Below, one piece after another: positions 1 to 8,651 of a stretch of 47,964 nt of DNA. Source of the DNA: Pseudobdellovibrionaceae bacterium (GTDB lineage Bacteria; Bdellovibrionota; Bdellovibrionia; Bdellovibrionales; Bdellovibrionaceae). Under the pieces are notes generated by a model, which was not told the DNA's origin, searched no databases, and saw nothing but the letters and a program-made list of their open reading frames with translations. Made by a program: the position numbers and the translations under genes. Location: positions 1 to 47,964 of the forward strand of contig JBGGMM010000064.1 of the NCBI GenBank assembly GCA_041288045.1. Reading direction: 5' to 3'. Each line of letters starts with the position of its first letter. The stretch's first letter is position 1.

Positions 1-1517
1 AGATCTGAACTTTTCGGATGGGGCAGATCCAGTGTCGCCAAGCAGGGGTCCTCAAATTTTTGCCGGTTTTCTTTTTTGAGATTTTTATGCGCGATTTTTT
101 CTAGATCCTTGAATTTCATGCCTTGAGCCCAACGCTCCAGGTTTTCCCAGTTTTGAAGTGCCAGCAGTTCGCGACTGTAAAGATTGTTGATTTCCATATC
201 GTCTTTCAATCGGTGAGCCAAACGCTCCCAAGAGGTCAATTTGCCAGCGGCCAGTCCTTGCCATTTGAGAACTTTTTCATAAAGAGGCTCGGGCCAAAGC
301 AACCACTGCTTTTTTTGCCGAATGCTTTCAATTTTCGACCAAAGATCACGGACCGAGGTTTCATGTGTCTTGAGCGAACTGGTTTCAAATCGATCAATGA
401 GCGAATTAAAAATCTGGGGCTTTTCATCCAAAATAAAAAGATACTGTCCCCACCGCAAAGAATAACGTATCGGCTGATCCTCCATCCAGGCGCTTTCAGT
501 GAGAATGAACCGCTCGGGTGGATTTTTCTTTTCAGAGAAAGGACTTTTTAAAACTGTCTGAAGAGAGTGGACAGGAAAATCAAGGTCCTTCAAATGGATC
601 GGCTCAAAAGGTTCAAAAAAAGTCACTCCCAAATCCGCCAGGGTCAAATTTCCGTCGTAACTCCAGTTCAACCCTTGATCGCGGGGTTTCTGCGAAGGTT
701 TGATCAAAAGTCCGACTTGCACTCGCTCACTGAAGAGATTGGTGTTCGGAAGTTCCACCGATCTTTCGCCTCGATCAGGTCCGTTGAGACCGACCAGAAC
801 GAGCAATGTCGAATCCCAAAGGTTTCGTGATTTCAGATCTTGGATGAAGCTATAAAGCGATTCGTCGAATTCTTCAAACTGGCTTTCAAAAGAAAGGTTT
901 CGAGTTTGTCCCAAATCCGAAACCGTTACGGTCTGGGTGAACGCCAAATCAGGAACGTAGAAAACCGAAAAGAAATTCTGCGATCTGATTTCTCGCAGCC
1001 AAGTTTTGAAAGCTTCCTGAGATTCTGCGAAGGGCTTAAAGAGTTTTTGCGGGGTCGGGGTAAAAGCATCGTCAAAAGTTTCAAATCCCTGTTGAAGATT
1101 GAGTTTTCGAAGAATCGGAGCCCCGCCTGAAAAAAAAGAAGTGGCATAACCTCTTTTTTGCACCACTTCAGTGAGAGTATTGACTCGACCAGGCAGGAAA
1201 GATTTGGAATTGCTGCGAAGACCGTGTTGAAAAGGATACTGACCAGTCAGGACCGAAGTCAGAGCTGGTCCTGATAAAGGTGAGGTCGTGTAGGCATGGG
1301 TGAAACGCACCGATTCCTGGCAAATCAAAGCGATTCCAGAACGAGCTTGTGTAGGACTTTGCGGGTCACAATTGACCTCGTTCACTCCCAATTGATCAAC
1401 AGCAATAATAATCATTGAAGAAGAGGAAGTGCTTGGAGCCCAATGGCAAGAACCGAGCGCAAAGCTCAAACCTAAAACCGCAATGGAAAGGAAAATCTTT
1501 TTTGTACTTTGCTTCAC
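1..1517 (-). CDS. Sulfatase/alkaline-phosphatase-superfamily lipoprotein, 3'-partial (runs off window start)
   Basis: Hand translation of the minus strand from GTG at 1517 stays open to base 1. It reads MKQSTKKIFLSIAVLGLSFALGSC (lipobox-like), IIIAVDQLG, VRFTHAYTTSPLSGPALTSVLTGQYPFQHG, TLTEVVQKRGYATSFFSGG, LWDSTLLVLVG. It is absent from the ORF track, presumably because there is no stop in the window. Confidence 0.85.
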   Translation of the reverse strand, partial: MKQSTKKIFLSIAVLGLSFALGSCHWAPSTSSSSMIIIAVDQLGVNEVNCDPQSPTQARSGIALICQESVRFTHAYTTSPLSGPALTSVLTGQYPFQHGLRSNSKSFLPGRVNTLTEVVQKRGYATSFFSGGAPILRKLNLQQGFETFDDAFTPTPQKLFKPFAESQEAFKTWLREIRSQNFFSVFYVPDLAFTQTVTVSDLGQTRNLSFESQFEEFDESLYSFIQDLKSRNLWDSTLLVLVGLNGPDRGERSVELPNTNLFSERVQVGLLIKPSQKPRDQGLNWSYDGNLTLADLGVTFFEPFEPIHLKDLDFPVHSLQTVLKSPFSEKKNPPERFILTESAWMEDQPIRYSLRWGQYLFILDEKPQIFNSLIDRFETSSLKTHETSVRDLWSKIESIRQKKQWLLWPEPLYEKVLKWQGLAAGKLTSWERLAHRLKDDMEINNLYSRELLALQNWENLERWAQGMKFKDLEKIAHKNLKKENRQKFEDPCLATLDLPHPKSSD

Positions 1518-1580
1518 TCGCTTCGACCTTGACCCTTTTCGATATTAACAGAGATAATCCTGAAGGAAACGAGGAAGAAT

Positions 1581-2210
1581 ATGCTCACAGAAAGAATTTT
1601 TGCAGTTGCGCAGATTGCCGACCAAGTTGTTCTTTGGATTCTGCTGATTTTAAGCGTGGTCAGTCTAGGGATGATTCTCGAAAGATTCTTTTATTTGCGA
1701 CGAGTGGCTGCCCAGAGCACTGAGGTTCGCGCCAAGGTCAGAGCCGCACTTCAGAGTCACAGCGTTGAAGATGTGGAAGGAATGACTAAAAACCCTGAGA
1801 CTGTCGAAGGTCGAGCTCTTGGTTATGCAATGAAGCACATCAAAGACAGTGGCAGCAAAGGTTTAGAAGAAGCATTTAATTCTTTTTCACTGACGGAGCG
1901 ACCTGATCTGGAGAGATATTTGAATTTTCTGGCGACTGTGGGATCCAATGCTCCTTATATTGGACTCTTGGGAACTGTGTTGGGTATCATGAAAGCATTC
2001 AATGACCTTGCCAACAGCGCCGAAGCTGGGCAACAAACGGTCATGGCCGGAATCTCTTTGGCTCTTGTGGCAACAGCTGCGGGTCTTTTTGTCGCGATTC
2101 CCGCTGTTGTTTCTTACAACTATTTTCAACGTCAGGTTCGTGGGGTTTTGCAAGGTCTCGATTCAGTCAAAGAACTCTGCCTCGCTTACGCTAAGAAAAA
2201 AGGTCTTTAA
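1581..2210 (+). CDS. exbB: MotA/TolQ/ExbB proton channel family protein
   Basis: FLATVGSNAPYIGLLGTVLGIMKAF and AGISLALVATAAGLFVAIPA signatures; GAGG RBS. ExbB versus TolQ cannot be resolved by eye. Confidence 0.9.
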   Translation: MLTERIFAVAQIADQVVLWILLILSVVSLGMILERFFYLRRVAAQSTEVRAKVRAALQSHSVEDVEGMTKNPETVEGRALGYAMKHIKDSGSKGLEEAFNSFSLTERPDLERYLNFLATVGSNAPYIGLLGTVLGIMKAFNDLANSAEAGQQTVMAGISLALVATAAGLFVAIPAVVSYNYFQRQVRGVLQGLDSVKELCLAYAKKKGL

Positions 2211-2213
2211 TTT

Positions 2214-2627
2214 ATGGCTATTAAACCAAGTGATCAGGACGAATCCATCTCGAGCATCAACGTGGTGCCATTGGTGGACATCATTTTGGTGGTCTTGATT
2301 ATCTTTATGGTCACGGCTCCTATGATCATGAAGCCTTCTATCAATGTGAATTTGCCGAAAGCAGCAAGCGGGGATAAGAGCACTCCCAGTCAGTTGAGTA
2401 TTTCAATCGCTCCCGGAGGAATGCTCAATCTCAATGGCTCCAAATCCGATGAGCCGGCAATCACTGCCAAAGCCCAGGAAGAAGTCGGCAAGAATCCCGA
2501 AGTTCAAGCCATCATCGCAGCCGATAAAGAAGTCCCACACGGGACTGTGGTCCATATCATTGATCTTGTGAAAAATGCGGGCGTCAAAAAATTCGCAATC
2601 AGCATTGAAAAATCCAAGGTAAACTGA
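2214..2627 (+). CDS. exbD: ExbD/TolR family biopolymer transport protein
   Basis: INVVPLVDIILVVLIIFMVTAP TM segment with conserved Asp; ADKEVPHGTVVHIIDLVKNAG; lies directly after the ExbB/TolQ gene. Confidence 0.92.
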   Translation: MAIKPSDQDESISSINVVPLVDIILVVLIIFMVTAPMIMKPSINVNLPKAASGDKSTPSQLSISIAPGGMLNLNGSKSDEPAITAKAQEEVGKNPEVQAIIAADKEVPHGTVVHIIDLVKNAGVKKFAISIEKSKVN

Positions 2628-2657
2628 AATTTATTGGCTTTCTCAAATTGATACGCC

Positions 2658-2685
2658 TTTAGTCCCGTCAAAAATCCGCCGATGT
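2658..2685 (+). promoter_or_regulatory. Putative sigma-28 (FliA) promoter
   Basis: TTTA-N16-GCCGATGT immediately upstream of the ORF at 2695. Confidence 0.5.
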
Positions 2686-2694
2686 CCAAGGTGA

Positions 2695-3219
2695 ATGCAA
2701 AATGAACGTCGATTCCTTGCCATCACCATGCTTTTGCTCGCTTTGATCGGTGCGCCGGCTGTTTATTCTGTGGCTCGAGAGCCTAAAGCCAAAGTTGCCA
2801 AAGATGAAATGTCCCCTCTGACCCTCAAGCGAACTCTGGCCAGCGTGACTCCTGCCAAAGTCATTGAAGGTCCACGCCGCAATTTAATCAAATCCAAATC
2901 GGTGGTGCTGGATTACTCATGCAAAGAATTAGGGAAGCCTCATGAGGTTGATGCCTCTTTGCTCAGGCTGCGGGGCGACTCTTGCCTGGAGCCCACTTGG
3001 AAAAATATTTCCATTACCAATCAAAGCAATGGTCACACAGCTTCGGTGATTTTTCTCAAAGACAAAAAATTCACCACGGATTTCATCGATCTCAAAGAAG
3101 GCGAAAACAAGCTGACCATCCAGGCCACTGACGAGCAAGGCCAAGCCATTCATCAAGAATTCCGAATCCAGCGCCGAGCTCCGGCCGCCGTTGAAGAAGA
3201 ATCAGACCTGGAATTTTAG
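2695..3219 (+). CDS. Hypothetical secreted/membrane-anchored protein with C-terminal Ig-like beta domain
   Basis: N-terminal hydrophobic segment; LKEGENKLTIQATDEQG resembles a bacterial Ig-like strand; two Cys. Confidence 0.7.
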   Translation: MQNERRFLAITMLLLALIGAPAVYSVAREPKAKVAKDEMSPLTLKRTLASVTPAKVIEGPRRNLIKSKSVVLDYSCKELGKPHEVDASLLRLRGDSCLEPTWKNISITNQSNGHTASVIFLKDKKFTTDFIDLKEGENKLTIQATDEQGQAIHQEFRIQRRAPAAVEEESDLEF

Positions 3220-3221
3220 TT

Positions 3222-4055
3222 TTAGAAGGTATGTGAAAAACCCAGAAGATAGCGAACTTCTCTGGGCGAAGTCCCACTGTCGTTGAAAGCCGAAGACAAT
3301 CCCATCGAAGTTGCAATTTGATAGCGTTCGAAGGTCCTTGTCAGATCCGCAGCAGCGATCCCGTCTGTCATAGCCACATTCGAATTGGCCCTTAAAGAAT
3401 GCGAAAGACTGCGACTGACCCACAAGCGGGTTTCTTGAATGTCCGTCGGTCCAAATGAACTGGGATCCATCTCAAGTGCCAGCTTGGAATCACACCAAGG
3501 ATTGTCGACAATGACCTCAACAACGTTGCCGGCAAAATTGTATTGGATATTGGCGCGGACTTCTTTGGTGACTTCGACTTTGACGTTTTGGATTTGTTCT
3601 TTCACTTCCATCACTGGCTTCATTTGCGGTTGGGTTTTCATGTAATTGTCGACGTGATATTCCATGAGTCTTTTGGTCATGTATTCGGCGAAGGCTTTGC
3701 GCTTTTTGGTTTCTTCCTCGAGGACAACCGGATTTTCGCTGGCTCCTCCCCAAGAGGGTGAGCGGTAGGTGATGCTTTCCGTGTCGAGACCGCCAAATCG
3801 CTCGCGGTACTTTTCTTTGAACTCTTGGCTCAAGGGGTTAAAAATCAGCTCTTTCAAAGAGGGCTCGGGTTTTTGCGGGATGAAAAGGTAGACTTCGTAA
3901 TATCTTTGCGACTTTTCGGCTTCGACATCGCCGACATAACCTTGATAGGGCGAAGGAGCCCCTTGGGCCTTGGTCCAGGCGCCTAAAGCTCCTAAAATGC
4001 AGGTCAGCAAAGTGATAAACCTCATCATTTCATGAATGTGCAAAGTCAACGCCAT
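3222..4055 (-). CDS. Hypothetical secreted protein, possible small outer-membrane beta-barrel
   Basis: Signal-peptide-like N-terminus (true start may be the internal MMRF); amphipathic strands in the C-terminal half; ends LLGFSHTF. Confidence 0.65.
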   Translation of the reverse strand: MALTLHIHEMMRFITLLTCILGALGAWTKAQGAPSPYQGYVGDVEAEKSQRYYEVYLFIPQKPEPSLKELIFNPLSQEFKEKYRERFGGLDTESITYRSPSWGGASENPVVLEEETKKRKAFAEYMTKRLMEYHVDNYMKTQPQMKPVMEVKEQIQNVKVEVTKEVRANIQYNFAGNVVEVIVDNPWCDSKLALEMDPSSFGPTDIQETRLWVSRSLSHSLRANSNVAMTDGIAAADLTRTFERYQIATSMGLSSAFNDSGTSPREVRYLLGFSHTF

Positions 4056-4256
4056 TGATCATCCATGTAAGACATTGAAATAACTCAATTATTTTTAAAC
4101 TTTCAGGACCTTTGGGGAGCTCCCTAGAAGGACTTGTCCAAGTTTCGTTCACGCTGCCTTGTATTATTGAATTGCTTTGGAGTTTCGGCTGCTTACAATA
4201 TCTTTTTACTTTTCTTGTCAGAACAAATTTCGTCCTCTAATTTGCGAGGTCTTTGC

Positions 4257-4916
4257 ATGGTTGAATTAATACGAGCAGCAGTCTTGAAAAGACGATCTGA
4301 TCTTCATTTAGCGAGAAAAATCTGGCATATGGGCGGGGTTTCTCTGGTGGCTGCTTTTTACGCTCGCCTTCCGGAGCAAACGGCCTTGATTTGTCTTTCG
4401 ATTGCTTGGGTCTTGTTTGTTCCTGCGGATCTGCTTCGATTGAGATATCCTGCGCTGAATGATTTTTTGGTTCACATGTTTCGTCCCATCATGCGTCAAC
4501 ATGAGGTGGACCGGATTGCTGGGACTTCGTATTTGCTGACTGGGATCACCATTGTCGCTTTTATTTTTCCGCCTGAGATCGTGCTTTTGACCATGCTTTT
4601 TCTGGCTTTTGCTGATCCGATTGCCAGCTATTTTGGAATCCGCTTTGGAAAAGATAAAATTTTTGGTGAAAAGTCGCTTCAGGGGTCCTTGGCGGCTTTC
4701 TTTGTTTGTTCCATTTTGACCTTTTATTTTCTTTCTTCTCACGGTCTTTTGATGGACCGACTGGTGGTTGTCAGTCTTTTGGGTGGTCTGATTGGCGCTT
4801 TGGCTGAGCTCATCCCCATTTGGAAGTTGGATGACAATTTCACTTTACCGATGCTGAGCTCCACGGCTCTGTGGCTGCTTTTTAGTGTTTTTGGCGCGTT
4901 TTCGTCCTATGTTTAG
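4257..4916 (+). CDS. CTP-dependent diacylglycerol/polyprenol kinase family (Dgk1/phytol/dolichol kinase-like) membrane protein
   Basis: RKIWHMGG, LAFADPIASYFGIRFG, KSLQGSLA and LDDNFTLP motifs. Start placed at MVELIRAA (4257) rather than 4134. Confidence 0.82.
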   Translation: MVELIRAAVLKRRSDLHLARKIWHMGGVSLVAAFYARLPEQTALICLSIAWVLFVPADLLRLRYPALNDFLVHMFRPIMRQHEVDRIAGTSYLLTGITIVAFIFPPEIVLLTMLFLAFADPIASYFGIRFGKDKIFGEKSLQGSLAAFFVCSILTFYFLSSHGLLMDRLVVVSLLGGLIGALAELIPIWKLDDNFTLPMLSSTALWLLFSVFGAFSSYV

Positions 4917-4919
4917 GGC

Positions 4920-5792
4920 ATGACGACGAAAGAACTGAACAACTACCAAAATCCCATTTCCTCCATCGAGACCGAGAAACCCAAGCGTTTGGCCATGCAT
5001 ATTTACGTGCTGCCCAATTTGGTGACCACGGGAAATCTTTTCTTCGGATTCTTTGCCATCATTCAATCTTTCAAAGGCGATTTCACTCGCGCGGCCTATG
5101 CGATTGTGGCTGCGGCCGTTTTTGATTTATTGGACGGCCGTCTGGCGCGCTTGACCAGATCGACTTCTAAATTTGGCGCCGAGTACGACTCTCTTTGTGA
5201 TTTGGTCAGCTTTGGTGTGGCGCCCGGGGTTCTTCTTTATATGTGGGCACTACAGCCATTCGGTCGATTGGGATGGATTGCTTGTTTTATTTTCGTCGCT
5301 TGCGGGGCTTTGCGCTTGGCTCGCTTCAATGTGCAGGCGACAGTGATTGAGAAAGCTTACTTTCAGGGTCTGCCGATCCCGATGGCGGCGGGTATTGTTG
5401 CGTCTTCGGTTTTGGCTTTGAATGATTTGGGAATGGATGCCAATGGTCATGTGGGGATTTTGGCTATGACCTATCTTTTGGCCTTCGTCATGGTCAGCAC
5501 TTTCCGCTACCGAAGTTTTAAAGATTTGGATTTGAAAGAACGTCTGCCATTTAAATATTTGATTTTCGGAGTCGTCATCATTTCAGTCGTTGCCTACAGG
5601 CCGGAAGTGAATTTATTTATTCTCTTCCTGATCTACGCGGTTTTGGGAGCGGTTTTTGGGATTTTGAATTTCGGCAAAAATAAGCGCATTCGTGCGAATG
5701 TCTATATGCCGGCTCAAGTTTCCAACGATCCCGATCTCGTCGAAGAAGAAATCGAAAGTGACGAAGATGATGAAAAAATTGAAAAGCCTTAA
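4920..5792 (+). CDS. pssA: CDP-diacylglycerol--serine O-phosphatidyltransferase
   Basis: LPNLVTTGN; CDP-alcohol phosphotransferase motif DLLDGRLARLTRSTSKFGAEYDSLCDLVSFG; LRLARFN; FQGLPIP. Confidence 0.93.
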   Translation: MTTKELNNYQNPISSIETEKPKRLAMHIYVLPNLVTTGNLFFGFFAIIQSFKGDFTRAAYAIVAAAVFDLLDGRLARLTRSTSKFGAEYDSLCDLVSFGVAPGVLLYMWALQPFGRLGWIACFIFVACGALRLARFNVQATVIEKAYFQGLPIPMAAGIVASSVLALNDLGMDANGHVGILAMTYLLAFVMVSTFRYRSFKDLDLKERLPFKYLIFGVVIISVVAYRPEVNLFILFLIYAVLGAVFGILNFGKNKRIRANVYMPAQVSNDPDLVEEEIESDEDDEKIEKP

Positions 5793-6789
5793 AGTCGGAG
5801 TCGTCGGTGCCACCGGAATGGTCGGCAAAAGCTTCATGGAGACTCTCGAACAAAGAAAGTTCCCAGTTTCAGAACTGCGCCCCTTTGCCAGCGAAGCTTC
5901 GCTTGGAAAACAAATCACCTTGCAAGGAAAATCCTGGAGCTGCCAAGTCCTCAAGCCTGGCTGCTTTGATGGATTGGATCTGGTGTTTTTCTCGTCAGGT
6001 GATGACATCAGCAAAGAGTGGGCTCCTCAAGCTGTGAAATCCGGAGCTTTCGCTGTTGATAATTCGAACGCTTTTCGCATGGACGAAGGGGTTCTGCTGA
6101 TCGTTCCCGAAGTGAACGGCGATCTTCTGAAAGAATCCACCAAGCCGCAAGTGATTGCCAATCCCAATTGCACAACCATGCAATTGGTGGTGGCACTGAA
6201 ACCTTTGCAAGATCAATTCGGCATCGAAGCCGTGCGAGTCGCCTCTTACCAAGCAGCCAGCGGCGCCGGTCAGCCAGGGCATGATGAGCTCATGGAGCAG
6301 ACCAAAAATTTTGAAAAAGAACCCAATCCAACTGCAAAAGCTTTCGTTCATCCACTTCTTTTCAACTGTATTCCTGAAATCGGATCTTTCAATGATCAGG
6401 GATTCACCTCGGAAGAAATGAAAGTCATGAATGAAACCAAAAAAATTCTTCGCGACAATTCAATCAAGACGTCAGCTTTTACAGTGCGAGTTCCCGTGCC
6501 CAATGCTCATGCTGAAGCCGTGTGGGTGACTCTCAAAAAAGACGCCACTCGAGAGCAAGTGGTGAAAGCACTGCAGGCGGGTGAAGGGCTCGTGGTGGAC
6601 GCAGATCCACGCAAATATCCAACACAGCGCCAGGTTTCAGGTAAAGATCCCGTGTATGTGGGCCGAATCCATCAGGATCTCAGTGACACGAGAACTTGGC
6701 TGATGTGGGTTGTCTCTGACAATATCCGCAAAGGGGCAGCGCTCAACGGGATTCAGATCGCTGAAGCGATGACTGTGTTTCAGGCTTAA
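5767..6789 (+). CDS. asd: Aspartate-semialdehyde dehydrogenase
   Basis: VGVVGATGMVG, IANPNCTT (catalytic Cys), SYQAASGAG, VRVPV..AHAE, DNIRKGAALN. Start probably 5767 or 5770, overlapping the end of pssA. Confidence 0.96.
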   Translation: MMKKLKSLKVGVVGATGMVGKSFMETLEQRKFPVSELRPFASEASLGKQITLQGKSWSCQVLKPGCFDGLDLVFFSSGDDISKEWAPQAVKSGAFAVDNSNAFRMDEGVLLIVPEVNGDLLKESTKPQVIANPNCTTMQLVVALKPLQDQFGIEAVRVASYQAASGAGQPGHDELMEQTKNFEKEPNPTAKAFVHPLLFNCIPEIGSFNDQGFTSEEMKVMNETKKILRDNSIKTSAFTVRVPVPNAHAEAVWVTLKKDATREQVVKALQAGEGLVVDADPRKYPTQRQVSGKDPVYVGRIHQDLSDTRTWLMWVVSDNIRKGAALNGIQIAEAMTVFQA

Positions 6790-6803
6790 AGCACTGCGGG
6801 ATT

Positions 6804-7514
6804 TCAATCCAAGATAAATCGAGACACAACCCAGGCGATCGGAAACAGGATCAGTTGGTGGGTCATATAGAAAATCAAGGAATGACGTCCCAGTCTTGAA
6901 AGAGCTGGGATGTCTTTTTTTTGGGCGAAGGTTTTTTGTCTTTTGAGAACCCAGTGTCCGGCGGCGATTCCGATCAGCACGACTCCGAGCCAAGGCATTA
7001 GGGGAACGAAATCCTCGGTGCTGGGACGATAGGGGGAAAGACCAGCGATATTTCGGACTGGCTTATCAAACCACAGACTTGAGTAAAAATTTGGAATGGC
7101 TGAAATAATCAGACCGATGGCGGCTGCTGTTTTTGGATGATGAATCAAAAAGGGAGCAATGAGGCTTGCACAGAAAGCCAAATGCAAAATTCCAAAATAA
7201 ATCCAGGTTTCACGGTTCATTAAAAAAGTGATGAACGAAACCACAAAAGCGCAGATTCCCAGCTTCTTCAATCGAATGCGATATTTGATGTTGTCGAAAT
7301 GAGCTCCTGAAAATGTGAAATTCATTCCGACTAAAAGCAAAAACATGCTTAAGACAGCGGCTCGAAATGCCACCCAAAAAGGATTTTGATCCATTTCGTA
7401 ATTGAGCACTCCGAAATAATTCAGATCCCAGCAGAAATAATAGATGGTCATCAGGATCAAGGCAAAACCACGGACCGAATCAAAAAATTGAAAGCGCTGA
7501 GACGTTGGCAACAT
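6804..7514 (-). CDS. DUF1624/heparan-alpha-glucosaminide N-acetyltransferase-like membrane protein
   Basis: RFQFFDSVRGFALILM, IYFGILH, DFVPLMPW and LGRHSLIFYMTHQ motifs. Start placed at MLPTSQR. Confidence 0.85.
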   Translation of the reverse strand: MLPTSQRFQFFDSVRGFALILMTIYYFCWDLNYFGVLNYEMDQNPFWVAFRAAVLSMFLLLVGMNFTFSGAHFDNIKYRIRLKKLGICAFVVSFITFLMNRETWIYFGILHLAFCASLIAPFLIHHPKTAAAIGLIISAIPNFYSSLWFDKPVRNIAGLSPYRPSTEDFVPLMPWLGVVLIGIAAGHWVLKRQKTFAQKKDIPALSRLGRHSLIFYMTHQLILFPIAWVVSRFILD

Positions 7515-7751
7515 AATTCTTAGTTTACGGGCCTGAGTGGCCGGGACCAAGACCCAGAGGCAAAAATCTCTCTTTTGGTCTTGTTCTGTGAGAGATTTCT
7601 AGCCCTTGGCTCTTGCCCCTTTCTGGCACCCCGAATGAAGAAAATACTGAATATCTTTTGGACGGTCTTTGAATCTTTTCAAGAGACCGAATTTCTCTCT
7701 AGAAAATCTGGAAGGAATGGTATTTTTCCCAACTGCTATAGGGGTTCTGGG

Positions 7752-8339
7752 GTGAAAACATTTTTCTTCATTTTTATTGCGATTCACTTTCTGGCGTTTC
7801 AATTCGCTCGCGGCCAAGATTTGTCTCCGGCTATCCAAGTTTCGAGTCCTGAGAAAAAAGATGATTGCAAAGATCTTCTCCCGCAAATGGAAAATGAACA
7901 TCTTGAACTTCAGGCTAAATACAAATCTCTGAAAGATGGCTCTCTCTCAGCTCATGATGGTTATCTGGTCAGCTTTAATGAAATGACCAAAGTGCTGTTT
8001 CAGCTCACCCAGGCAAAAGTGGAGGAAACTCAAAAAATCACCACCAGCCGGGATCAATTGAGCGAAGCCCTTCGCCAATATCAATCCCAAGCCAATCCTG
8101 AGACTTCGAAAAAGGTTCAGGACCAGTATTTGGATTTAACAGTGCGCCTGTACACAGCTGCCGTCGATGCGCAAAAAACTGTGGAAAATTTGAAAGCTCA
8201 AATCTCACAAGTCGAAGCCACCCGAGGCCAATACCAAAGCTCTCAAACCGAAATCGATCAAATCGACCAGCAGCTCCTTGCAACCGAAGCAAAGCTCGTT
8301 TCACTCAAAATCAAATGCCAGACAAATCGCCGCTATTAA
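7752..8339 (+). CDS. Hypothetical secreted coiled-coil protein
   Basis: GTG start followed by a signal peptide (KTFFFIFIAIHFLAFQFARG); heptad-rich Q/E/K/L body; one Cys near each end of the mature part. Confidence 0.7.
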   Translation: MKTFFFIFIAIHFLAFQFARGQDLSPAIQVSSPEKKDDCKDLLPQMENEHLELQAKYKSLKDGSLSAHDGYLVSFNEMTKVLFQLTQAKVEETQKITTSRDQLSEALRQYQSQANPETSKKVQDQYLDLTVRLYTAAVDAQKTVENLKAQISQVEATRGQYQSSQTEIDQIDQQLLATEAKLVSLKIKCQTNRRY

Positions 8340-8405
8340 TGCCGCAGCGTTTTCTGAACACCCAGACAGATGGTTTCGTTCAGCTCCTCACATGAGTGTT
8401 CTGAT

Positions 8406-8431
8406 GAGCATTCGCTTATAAGCGAACGCTC
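8406..8431. terminator. Palindromic hairpin between convergent genes (possible bidirectional terminator or protein-binding site)
   Basis: GAGC-A-TTCGCTTATAAGCGAA-C-GCTC, with a perfect 16-bp palindrome at 8411-8426. No U-tract. Confidence 0.4.
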
Positions 8432-8485
8432 GAGTGAGTAACAAAACCCCATGACCAGCTCTGCGTATTTGAATTTCAGCTAAGG

Positions 8486-8589
8486 TTTTCTGGAAACTCG
8501 CCGCAGGCGAGCCCCAAAGGGGTGAGGCCTGGAGCCGCGGAGGCGAAGCTGGACGATGACTGTCGGCGGAGGGCCGAATTTCCAGAAAA
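8486..8589. repeat. GC-rich structured MITE/REP-like element with 15-bp imperfect terminal inverted repeats
   Basis: TTTTCTGGAAACTCG ... CGAATTTCCAGAAAA (14/15 match) enclosing hairpins CTCGCC-GCA-GGCGAG and CCCC-AAA-GGGG. Confidence 0.6.
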
Positions 8590-8651
8590 GACGGACACGG
8601 ACGTTCACGATCAGGCGAAGACGCGGGCTTCGCAGACGACTCACCGAATTC

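Noticed and set aside
123..1723. Several short ORFs in the track (123-551, 567-830, 840-1130, 926-1147, 1415-1723)
   Set aside because: They are shadows of the long minus-strand sulfatase-like frame (1-1517) and of exbB.
8340..8651. Possible tRNA, riboswitch, or the 8556-8861 ORF
   Set aside because: No cloverleaf with a T-loop and no riboswitch consensus that I can recognise; the ORF is largely antisense to pepF and Arg-rich.
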